Positions 18,961 through 28,700 of a stretch of 64,000 nt of DNA are shown here, one piece after another. The DNA is taken from the NCBI GenBank assembly GCA_965263255.1, contig CBDHHA010000008.1:1916510-1980509 (forward strand), written 5' to 3'. The DNA comes from Bryobacterales bacterium (GTDB taxonomy: Bacteria; Acidobacteriota; Terriglobia; Bryobacterales; UBA6623). The position numbers and the translations under genes were made by a program. The stretch's first letter is position 1; each line of letters starts with the position of its first letter. The notes beneath the pieces were generated by a model. It was not told the DNA's origin. It worked only from the letters and a program-made list of their open reading frames with translations, and searched no databases.

Positions 18961-21900
18961 AGACCCAGCTCCTCGAACTGGCCAGTGCTCTCCATCTTAT
19001 CCCACACAGAAAGGATGAGACGTCGGGTACGATACTCGCCGATCTGACGAATCTCTCTGTCCCTAAGGATGCGAAAAGTCTCCGATGGGTAATCGGTTCC
19101 ACGCACTTCAGACGGGTCTAACGTGTAACGTAGTTCATCTCGCGTCAGTCCGTAGGCGCGTGCATAGAAGCAATCTAGTTCAGCACGGAGTTGTCTACGC
19201 TGATCGTTACGCCATGGGAATGGAGGACCCTTGTAGCCAAGATCACGCGCAAATGGAGCCATTTCGTGTGATGTGTAGATGAGTTCACAGAGTCGAGGAC
19301 GAACAAAGTTGAGCCGATTATCACGATAGAAGCTTGGTGTAAATAGTGGAAATTGCCGTAATATGAAATAGTTTATGGTAGTTCCGCCGAGTTTGTTTCT
19401 TGCAGAGTAGTCGAGTATGAGTGAGCACATATTCGCACATATTGAGGAGATTAGCTCTGGAAGGCGACTCGGCTCGGGCAATATCAATACAATCTTGTTT
19501 CCCACCGCAACCCTCGGAAACACCGTTGAGATGACCGTTCGCTCGTTTGTCGCATTCGTAATGTCGCGCCAACCCATCAGCCAGCGACGCGACCAACCCA
19601 AGGCAGCCAGTCGCTCGTTGACTTCTTCTACCGGCACCCAGTAGCGGGGGGCTGGTTCGAACGTTGGATCCTGCTTGTCGGTCAGTTCGACGTTAGCCGT
19701 CTTCTTGCCCTCCTCGTCATAGCTCGCCCAGCGATGATCGAACTGATGGATCATCTTCGCCTCGTAGAGCGGCACGTAGCGCTCTGCGAGTGGCTTGGCA
19801 ACGCCCAGAAGCAGGCCATCAGCTAAGGAGCCCGAGCTTGCCGAGCCCTCCGTGGCGCGCTCAGCACCCTCGCGAACCCAGTCAGTCCCTTCCCGCACGT
19901 ACCCCGCTTCCGCCAGCTGCAGCGCCGTCCGGAACAGCCCGGAGTCGTTGGACATGTCGAACATGCGCGCAAACTTGACACCCCACGGATTGCCCGCCGC
20001 TCCCTTCGTGTGGTCGACCAGCACGGGCGCATTCGCGTAGATCTTCGCGGTGAGGTCCGCATCGGCGCGGGACCGGAAGACCGGGGCCGTGCGGGTGTTG
20101 GGGTTGATCGCCGCGATTTGCTCCGGAGTCAGCGTGAAGTTCCTCGCGGGCTCCGCCAGCTGCCCCGGCTCGGTCAGGAAGAACGCGAACCGAGCGACAC
20201 CTTCGTCCCGCCCGAGCGTCAGAAGACAGAATTTGATGCGGCTGTCGATTGCCCGGAAGATCTTGGATCTGTTCTCGAAGTCCACCAGCCGGGCCAGCCG
20301 TCTCTCCGTGACCAAGTCCGCGAAGAAGTCCGCGGTGGTGGCATCGGTGGCGATTCCCGTAGGCACGATCAGTCCGGCGCGGTCGCGGGAGAGTTGAGAG
20401 AAGAGCTCCGCAAAGAGTGCGTAGGTGTTGATGTCGCCTCGGCCAGTCCGTATGAAACGCCCGCCTTCCTTGGCTGCGGTGCGTACGAAGGCGCTGACCG
20501 CTTCGGACTCTCGTTTCGCGGAAACGAACTCCTTGTACAGCCGTTGATCGGCGCTGGCTTCAGGTGCGGTTGCCAGCGCTTGGATCAAACGTCCCCGCTC
20601 TGCCTTATTCCGAGCCTGCTCGATCTCCGGCCTGCGCGCACCGAAGAACTCCTTCTCCTGGAGCTTAATCCGCTCCCACGGCGGATTGCCCAAGACCACG
20701 TCGAATCCCCCTCGGGCCATGACATCGGGGAATTCCAACGGCCAGTGGAATACCCTCGCTTCCCGAATGACTCTTACGGCACCCTGCATGGATCGCGGAT
20801 ACCCACCGCCGCCCAGGATGCTCCAGACATCCTCTGTGGTCGGCACCATATAGGCATGCTGGCTTGATTGAACATCGCCTGTCTTCGGCATGAGGAACGC
20901 CGCGACGTAGAGGTCAGCCGCCGCCTTCATGCGCTCGAACGACTTGCCCCGACGCAGCTGTTGGAACTGGCGAACCTTCTGGTCGATTTGCTTGACGGTG
21001 TCCTCCTGCAGGTCGCGCAATCCCGCGAATCCGATTGCGAGCGGCCTCATGGCCGGCAGCTTCACCTTTCCGGTCTCGAATGCAAAGCGGGCCTGCCCGG
21101 TCTTGGTGTCGCGATTGGCTCCCCGGCATGCGGCCGCGACGGCCCCGTCATCACCGGTCAGGGACTTGTAGGCGTCATCGGGTATTCCTTGCTCGAGCAC
21201 AGACAGATCGAATACGCCGACCAGCGCGTCGCCGCACCGGATCTGTGCGTCGAAGAATCCGAGAGGCAGTCCGGGATCGACTGTCTCGATCCAGAGAGCG
21301 ACCTTCGCCAGTTCCACCGCCATCGGGTTGCGGTCCACGCCGTGGATGCATCGACTCGCAACATCCCGGAGCGCATGCCGGACATCCGCCGCGGAGGGTG
21401 ACCCGTCCGCCCGTATCCGAGCAACTCGGGTCGCAATGCGCCTGGCCGCCGCCAGCAGGAAGTGGCCGGAGCCGCAAGCGGGATCGATCACCTTCAAGTC
21501 GAGCAGCGCTGCCTCGCGATCATCAGCCCGCGCCTCGGTGCGGTCGAGCACCGGCTCCAGCGCGGAGTCCAGCAGTGCTTGGACAAGGCTCTCGGGTGTG
21601 TAGTACGAGCCTGTGGTCTTCCGCTGATTCCCCTTCTGCTCGGCTACGTCGGAGGCGAATTCGAGACGCCGGCCCCCATCTGCAAGCTGCGGCTGGAGCT
21701 CCAGCAGGGACTCGTAGACCGAGCCAAGCTCCTCGGTCTCCATAGCGCGCCAGTTCACCGGCACCCTTCCCCCCTGATCGGAGAGCCACGCCAAGCGGTA
21801 AATGGCCTCCATGAACGCAGAATTCCGAATTCGGGCTTCTGCCAGGTTGGGAAGTTGGACCTCGCTGAACAGCCCACCGAGTCCGGGCAGCGCGAGCCTG

Positions 21901-22946
21901 TTCTCGCCGATGGTCAATGCGCGAAAGACCACCTTCATGCCCTCGTAGCGGTCGTGGTGTCCGTCCCATGCCGATCTACGCACGCTCTGCTCCCGAAGAG
22001 CACCGAGACTGTAACCGTCGGCATAGAGAGTTCGGGCACCGGCACGGGAGCTTGGAGGATGCAGGAGGTTCCGGTCCTCGGCAACCATAAGGAAGATCAG
22101 TCGGTAGACCAGCCGCAGGAGTTCGTTGAACCAGGCCGTCAACGAGAGGTCGGACGAGTGAAGCCGCGTGGCCAACTCCGGGTTCGCATCGATGAAGCCC
22201 GATCCAAGCACGCGGAGCGCAGCCTCGACTTGGATGGCAAGACGGTTCCGAGCAGTCTCCCCCTCGACAGCCCCTGCCTCCCGCCAGCGTTCCAACGCGC
22301 AGTCGGTAGCAGGAGTATCCTCCGAACCAAATCGGGATCGATGAACGATCAGCCAGAGTGCCGCGAACGAAGCGATGTCGTCCGTCGAGAAGATCTGCTC
22401 GAGATCGGCTTCGATGTGGGCATGACGGGTGAGCGAAGCATTGTCGCGCATCAGGCGCAGCTTCGTCCCGTTGCTCACCAGCCCCCAAAGGGCCTGCTCG
22501 TGCTGGTTCAAGTAGTCTTGCAGCGCTAAGGCGGGCGAGCGAGGCCGATCCGTGGATAGAGTGGGACTCCGCCTGTCGATGGATTCCGAAGGCGGCACGA
22601 TGATAACCGGGACGCGCGAGCCATCCAGTCCGGCAATCGTTCCAACCTCGTCCCCAAGATCAGCGAAACCTAGGGCCTCAGACAGGAGCCCTCGCACGAA
22701 GCGACGGGTGGCTTGCGCGGTGGGTGAGTCCGCGAAGGGAAATGCGTCGAAGTGAGCCTGCCCAACGCGGAAGGCGAGAGCAATCTCCTCCCTGATCGTC
22801 AGGCCCTTGCGAACGCCGTAGCTGCCGTCGCTCTGGTCACCCGCCTTGCAACGGTCAATCTTCGCAACCATCGCCGGTGCGATGAGGTTGCCTTCAAGTG
22901 ACAGCGATGGCCAAGCCGCTAAGTCGTTGGAAGCTCTGCGAGGCAC
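18957..22946 (-). CDS. Large N6-adenine DNA methyltransferase (Eco57I/PglX-like gamma class; DrmMI-like)
   Basis: AdoMet motif I, DPACGSGHF, lies at nt 21459-21485. Catalytic motif IV, NPPW, lies at nt 20676-20687. I checked both against the nucleotide sequence. 1329 aa. The GTG start lies 3 nt after the SNF2 stop. Confidence 0.85.
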   Translation of the reverse strand: MPRRASNDLAAWPSLSLEGNLIAPAMVAKIDRCKAGDQSDGSYGVRKGLTIREEIALAFRVGQAHFDAFPFADSPTAQATRRFVRGLLSEALGFADLGDEVGTIAGLDGSRVPVIIVPPSESIDRRSPTLSTDRPRSPALALQDYLNQHEQALWGLVSNGTKLRLMRDNASLTRHAHIEADLEQIFSTDDIASFAALWLIVHRSRFGSEDTPATDCALERWREAGAVEGETARNRLAIQVEAALRVLGSGFIDANPELATRLHSSDLSLTAWFNELLRLVYRLIFLMVAEDRNLLHPPSSRAGARTLYADGYSLGALREQSVRRSAWDGHHDRYEGMKVVFRALTIGENRLALPGLGGLFSEVQLPNLAEARIRNSAFMEAIYRLAWLSDQGGRVPVNWRAMETEELGSVYESLLELQPQLADGGRRLEFASDVAEQKGNQRKTTGSYYTPESLVQALLDSALEPVLDRTEARADDREAALLDLKVIDPACGSGHFLLAAARRIATRVARIRADGSPSAADVRHALRDVASRCIHGVDRNPMAVELAKVALWIETVDPGLPLGFFDAQIRCGDALVGVFDLSVLEQGIPDDAYKSLTGDDGAVAAACRGANRDTKTGQARFAFETGKVKLPAMRPLAIGFAGLRDLQEDTVKQIDQKVRQFQQLRRGKSFERMKAAADLYVAAFLMPKTGDVQSSQHAYMVPTTEDVWSILGGGGYPRSMQGAVRVIREARVFHWPLEFPDVMARGGFDVVLGNPPWERIKLQEKEFFGARRPEIEQARNKAERGRLIQALATAPEASADQRLYKEFVSAKRESEAVSAFVRTAAKEGGRFIRTGRGDINTYALFAELFSQLSRDRAGLIVPTGIATDATTADFFADLVTERRLARLVDFENRSKIFRAIDSRIKFCLLTLGRDEGVARFAFFLTEPGQLAEPARNFTLTPEQIAAINPNTRTAPVFRSRADADLTAKIYANAPVLVDHTKGAAGNPWGVKFARMFDMSNDSGLFRTALQLAEAGYVREGTDWVREGAERATEGSASSGSLADGLLLGVAKPLAERYVPLYEAKMIHQFDHRWASYDEEGKKTANVELTDKQDPTFEPAPRYWVPVEEVNERLAALGWSRRWLMGWRDITNATNERTVISTVFPRVAVGNKIVLILPEPSRLPELISSICANMCSLILDYSARNKLGGTTINYFILRQFPLFTPSFYRDNRLNFVRPRLCELIYTSHEMAPFARDLGYKGPPFPWRNDQRRQLRAELDCFYARAYGLTRDELRYTLDPSEVRGTDYPSETFRILRDREIRQIGEYRTRRLILSVWDKMESTGQFEELGL

Positions 22947-22949
22947 GAG

Positions 22950-25733
22950 TCAGTCCCCGCTCGGCAAGAGGACGAAGAGGCCAATGGCATCTGGGGGCTG
23001 CATGCCGTCAACGCTCACCCGAGGGACCGATCCAGCCGCAACCCGCAGCTTGGCGTGGTCGTCCGCCAGTGCCTTCGCCCGCTCCCGAACGAATGCGTGT
23101 ACGGTATCCCGAAGAAGATCCGGCAGTGCCTCGAGGGCCTGCCCGATGATCCGCTGCCGAGCAATGTGGGCAAGATCACCGGTAGCGGGTGCATCGAGGA
23201 GTGACCGTACGGCTTCGCCCGAGGAGACGATACCGGAGCCCTCGACAGCGATGAGAGCGGCCTCCTCCGCCAGCAGCAGGCGCTCCTTCCGAGAGTGGAC
23301 GGCGAGCTTGAAGCGCAGCCTCAGCAGCAAGACCCTTGTCATCTTGCTGACGGCGCGAGTTGGCCATGCCCCTAACCGGCCCATCTCTAGCCCTGACATC
23401 GCCACCGGGTCGAGGGCCCCTTCGACAATGGACTCTGCGACTGCGGTCGTCAGCGGATGGGTCCTGCTCAGCAACGATGTACCAGCTTGAGCGGGTTCGG
23501 AGCGAGCAAGCCGTATCGAACCGGATAGCCCATACTGGCCGAGGCGCTCCCGAAGTGGCCGGTCGAGGGCGTGTAGATGTGCCTTAAGATCCGACCCTGC
23601 CGACTCAAGAGGGACACCGTACACGGCCATCGCACGTTCCACGAATCCCAGGGCAGCCTCCGGTGAACCCAGCAGGCATCCGGACCGCTTCCATTCTGGA
23701 GCCACTTCCTGTGGCTTCATCGCATTCTGGGCAAAGCGTGCCCTGGAGCGCTGCTCGTTCTCCAGCGCATCCCGCCACCGGACGTCCATTTGGCGAGACC
23801 CGTCAGCAAGTCGAAGGTCGAGCACCATCTGCTTCCCTTCGCCTCGAAGCAGCATCACCGCAGCCATCAGGGCCTCGGTGACGGGACCTCGTTCCTCGGG
23901 GAGCGGCACCGTCACTCCAGTTGCCTCTCGAATGGCTGCAGCCTTCTTGAGGATGACCTTCAAGACCGCTCCGTCGATGGCGCTGTCCGACGAATACATC
24001 ATCACCGAACGAACGAGCTTGGCTGGCTGGCCGAACCGGTCGACCCGGCCTTCGCGCTGTTGGTGTCTCGTGGGGTTCCATGACAGGTCGTAGTGAATCA
24101 CTGTGTCGAATAGCCGCTGGAGGTTGATGCCCTCCGAGAGACAGTCGGTGGCGACTAGGATGCGCTGGACTTCGTCGTCGCCCCCGTCCGCCATGGCCTC
24201 CACTCGAGCCCTCCGCTCACCCGGGGTGAGCACCCCGGTGACGGACTCGATGCGAAGTCTCGGATAGTGCTCGCGCAACGCATCTCGAACATGCTCGGCC
24301 GTCGCGATGAACCGGCAGAAGACCACCGGGTTGGCCCCTTCCTTCAATAGCGGTCCAAGGATTCTGACCAGCTCCTCGACCTTGGGGTCAGGTGCTCTTA
24401 TGAGGCTCTCGGCCGACTCAATCAGCTCCCGGAGCGACGAATCAACCTCGAACGCTACGCTTGGCTCGACATCGACGGCGTCTTCGTTGTCACCATCTTC
24501 GTCATATATCTGGGACTCGACGCGTCCCACCTCTGTGGCCATGCGGTTTCGCAAGGCGCGAAGGGCCGCCCGGGGCGAGGAACCGACACAGCGCATTAGT
24601 GCGAGCGTTCCCCAGTACGCTAGGTGTCGCTCGTGCCGGTCGCTCCCAATCTGGCCAACGATGCCGAGGCAATAGTCGAGGACGGACTCCTGAAACTGGA
24701 GATACAACGGGGAGAGGGTATACGAGACCTCCGTGGTCTCATGTTTCGGGAACGCCTGGCTCTCTCCCCAATCCCCTGAAGTCACATCGATTCTTCGTCG
24801 CTGGACGAAGTGGCGCGCCAAGCGCTGGCGGTACCGCACGTCATCGAACTCCGGTGAGGCGAATTCGTTGTCGATGAGCGAGAGCAGGCGCGAGAACGCT
24901 TCCGCATCTCCGGAGTGCGGCGTGGCCGTCAGCATGATCATGCGACGTTCCGGATCACTGGCGAGCCGCCGTAGTAGCGCGAATCGCTGCTGCTTGCCCC
25001 TGTGTGTCCCCACACACGAATGCGCCTCGTCCACGATGACAAAGTCGGGGCACGCCTGTGCGAATGCCTCGCGTCGCCTTTCCGCCTTGATGTAGTCCAA
25101 GCTGACCACGGTATGGGGATACGCCTCGAAGAGCGACTGCGCAACGGGCAGGCCACGTTCCAAACGGGCCGCGGTCCCGGAAGTCACGGCTACCGGGTCA
25201 ATGCTGAAACGCGACCTCAGTTCAGTGGTCCATTGCTCGACCAAGTGCGGGGGGCAGAGCACCGCGAAGGCGTCCGTCTCCCCTCGATCCATCAGTTCCC
25301 GGAGGATCAAGCCCGCCTCAATAGTCTTGCCGATACCAACGTCGTCTGCGATTAGAATGCGTGGCACTCTGAGGCGGAGCGCCATGAGCAGGGGCACGAG
25401 CTGATAGATGCGCGGCTCGAAGCTGATCTGGGCGGCGCATCGGAAAGGACCAGCTCCGCGCCGGAGCGTTAGGCGTAACGCATCCGCGAGCAGGGCCGCC
25501 TTTGCCTGGACGATCGGATTCGCGTCCTCCGGCAAGTCGAATCTAGCCGGTTCAACCGGCGCAATCTCGAGGCTCGGATCAAGTAGTACGGTGTCTTTCT
25601 CGCTGCCCGACAAGGGACGAAGAGCGAGCACGTCGGCACTATGCGAGGGCACCGCGACCCACTCGCGCCCTCGCGCCCGTACGAGATCCCCGGGAGTGAA
25701 GGCAATCGGCTCCACGTTACTCTCGGAGGGCAT
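22950..25733 (-). CDS. SNF2-family helicase (DrmD-like)
   Basis: Walker A ADDVGIGKT, DEAH box (VIVDEAHSC), and helicase-C motifs LSEGINLQ and QREGRVDRFGQ. A C-terminal extension of about 370 aa follows. The ATG overlaps the upstream gene by 17 nt. Confidence 0.85.
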   Translation of the reverse strand: MPSESNVEPIAFTPGDLVRARGREWVAVPSHSADVLALRPLSGSEKDTVLLDPSLEIAPVEPARFDLPEDANPIVQAKAALLADALRLTLRRGAGPFRCAAQISFEPRIYQLVPLLMALRLRVPRILIADDVGIGKTIEAGLILRELMDRGETDAFAVLCPPHLVEQWTTELRSRFSIDPVAVTSGTAARLERGLPVAQSLFEAYPHTVVSLDYIKAERRREAFAQACPDFVIVDEAHSCVGTHRGKQQRFALLRRLASDPERRMIMLTATPHSGDAEAFSRLLSLIDNEFASPEFDDVRYRQRLARHFVQRRRIDVTSGDWGESQAFPKHETTEVSYTLSPLYLQFQESVLDYCLGIVGQIGSDRHERHLAYWGTLALMRCVGSSPRAALRALRNRMATEVGRVESQIYDEDGDNEDAVDVEPSVAFEVDSSLRELIESAESLIRAPDPKVEELVRILGPLLKEGANPVVFCRFIATAEHVRDALREHYPRLRIESVTGVLTPGERRARVEAMADGGDDEVQRILVATDCLSEGINLQRLFDTVIHYDLSWNPTRHQQREGRVDRFGQPAKLVRSVMMYSSDSAIDGAVLKVILKKAAAIREATGVTVPLPEERGPVTEALMAAVMLLRGEGKQMVLDLRLADGSRQMDVRWRDALENEQRSRARFAQNAMKPQEVAPEWKRSGCLLGSPEAALGFVERAMAVYGVPLESAGSDLKAHLHALDRPLRERLGQYGLSGSIRLARSEPAQAGTSLLSRTHPLTTAVAESIVEGALDPVAMSGLEMGRLGAWPTRAVSKMTRVLLLRLRFKLAVHSRKERLLLAEEAALIAVEGSGIVSSGEAVRSLLDAPATGDLAHIARQRIIGQALEALPDLLRDTVHAFVRERAKALADDHAKLRVAAGSVPRVSVDGMQPPDAIGLFVLLPSGD

Positions 25734-28700
25734 CTATCAACTCGGCCGGCACGCCGTCAGACCCTCCATCTGTAAGTTCGTACAGCATCCATCCACGATC
25801 TTCTGCTTCCGTCCTCGCCACATCCGGGATGGAACCGACCATAGCGGCTACGTAATGTCGGTGCCACGTGAAGGGAAAACTGGTCCCGCCGAGCGTTAAG
25901 GGCTCGGCATCGGGCAAGGGCAGACCGTGTTCGGCAATGATGTCCCGCCAACCGGCCGCAGCACCGTTCTCTGCGGAGACCTTCGTCGGGACCACATCCC
26001 CTCTCGCTAGGTCTACCAGGAGTTGTCTCACTTGCTCACTAGTGCGATCGATGTTCTCGTGATCGGGTTGGTTGTAGTAGGAAAGCAAACAACGATAGCA
26101 CCCTCGGACGCACGGGGCGTCCGGTAGATCCCTGAGATGGTCAGTACTGCCGTCTCTGACGGCTTCGGCAACTCCGTCCAGGTGCATCAGAACGAGTGCC
26201 TGTCGGGCGACGCGTCGCAGCGCTTCCGGGTCTTCGATGAGTCGGCTCAGGACTCCCGCGCCCCCCTCGGTGGCCTCATATGCGAGGATGGCGCGCCGCT
26301 TGTCTCGATCGGGCAAGGGCTCGGCGAGTATCTCCCCCTCCTCAAGTTGGAAGACTACGGTAAGGCCCCTCACCAAGGCGTGCTGGACGGTGGCGATGGT
26401 TTTTGGATGGTAGCGCCCAGGCGTTTCGAATCGAAGCAGGAGTGCGTTCTTGCGATCCTCGACGATGGGAACGATCCGCACCCGCGCCGCCTCGTCGGGA
26501 GGAGCATCGGATTCTGGGTCCTCGTCCTCGGATTTGGCCCAGTAACCAGTCCGCGGATCAATCACGAATCCAAGCACGTTCCGGTTGCTGCGCCGCTTCA
26601 AACCCTTGTTGATCCGGCTGATTCTTGCGCTGTTGGCGTATTGGAGCGTGATGATCGACGTGTCGTCGACACGGAATACCGCCTCCGAGACGTCCAAGCC
26701 GCCGTGGCCGTGCTTCACCGGCCATGCGAATACAGTCTGAATATCGAAGCCCATTCGAACGCGTTCCTCGTCGTTGACGGTGATGCGCTCAGCAGGCACC
26801 GCTTCGACGTTGTCGATCCTGAGCGTCCGCTTGACCCGAACTGCGTTGCTCATTGAGGATGCGCAACCGTGGCACCTCTCGACCTCGTCACTGTGGGAGG
26901 CACCGCAATTCGGACAGATCACCAGATCCCGCGTCGAGAGTTCCTGGCCGTCTCGAGTGCGAACCTCCGGCGGCAGCTTCGCCCTCACGACGCGAAACGC
27001 CCGGCCCTCGTGATAGATGAGACTGCGGGGCCCGAACTCGGAGATGGCAAGGAACCGCGCGCGCTGCAGGTAAGTGCCATGCTTGGAGAGGCTAGGTCCT
27101 CTTGAGCCGGGAATGAACGCATAGAGAGGTAAACGAGGGAAGTTGTAACCGGGCAGGAAACCCTCGGTAGCAAGGTAACGGTACGAGTAGAAGTCAGATC
27201 CGCCTGTCTCCCTGCCTTGCTCCAAGATCTCGATCTGATCGGAAGCCTGCGCCTGTCTGGCCCTCACCCGTCGACGTTCTTTATCCGAGAGCCCCGGCCT
27301 CTCTGACTCTTGGTTGGCTTCACTAAGTTGTGTGTGGGCAGCGCCATAGAGTTGGCGCCACCTCTCGAAGGCACGGTCAAACTGTTCCGGCGCGCCTTCG
27401 GCTACAGTGGCGACGAACTGCTCCGGATCGTCCATCCAAGCGGGGATCCCACTCTCGAGAGAATCGAGAATCTGATACAGTATCCGACTCATTGACTCCT
27501 GGGCCCTTTCGGTTAGACCGGGTTTAGTGACAGCCTCGGCAACGGCTCCTTGAAGGGGGTACGCTTCCTGATTGAGGTCTAGGATATCGGGGATCTTCGG
27601 CGCGAGGTCGAGTCCGGTCTCGGCAAGCCAGACTGCATGGAGGTGAGAGGTCACAAGACTCTCATTGGTGATGTCAAGAGCGGGCGGGCGCACAGCGCCG
27701 GCCACCATCTCGATGCGCCTCTCGAAGTAGTATTGGTCATGCGGGGACTGGGCTGCGCAATAGGTCAGGATGGCGGCCGACTGTCCCGACCGACCCGAAC
27801 GACCCGCGCGTTGCGCGTAGCTCGCCGGTGTCGGCGGGACGTTGCGTAGGTAGACTGCATTCAGGGCCGAAATATCGACTCCCAACTCCATCGTGGGAGT
27901 GCAGAACAGGGCAGGTAGCAGATTCCCGGACTCCCCGCTGGCAGTGATCTGCGCTTCGGATTCCGCAAGCCGCTGGCGATCGTCCTGCTCGTAGCGGAAG
28001 CGCCATTCGCGCCATTCCCGCTGTCGGACAGTGACTTGGGCCGTATGCTCCCGGCTCTCCATCCCGAAGAGCGAGCAGACACTAGCCCCTAGCTCATCGC
28101 CGATTCGAGTGTACAGACCATGGAAGTAGGTGTTTCCGTGGGCGTGCTCGCTCAGGGCGGCATCTCCCCCAACGAGACGGACAGCAGACGGCGAGAGGCG
28201 CCACCCTTGGAGATTCCGGTCGCCCGAAACCGGACTAATCAGCCCGTCTTCGCCCAGTACATTCAGCAGCCTCTGGAGGAACGCCAGATACTCTTCCTGA
28301 GAGAGCTTCTGGCTTATCACTTCCCGACGATTCAAGGAGCGTCCCAAACGCGAACGCGGGCCTGCACGCAGGATCAGCCTCTCTTCACCAAGACTGACTT
28401 CCCTCTTTCCGGGCGCCGTCAAGCAGAGCTTGGTATGTGGCCGGAGTGCTTCCTGCCCGTCGATGCCCCATGGACTGCGCAGCAATGTCCTTGACTTCTG
28501 CCCAACCATGTCGAGGATGGCAGGATCGAGCGCTTCGGTACCAACAGCCAAGCCCTCGAGCATGAACTTAAGGACTTTACCGATCACAGACTTACGCCCA
28601 GTCCGGTCGAGGGTGCCGAGGGCGGGAAGGACGCGCTCCAGCCTTTGCTGATCCCCCGCAATGTCGTCGAGGCCGACGAAGTGCGGTTCGATCAACCTAA

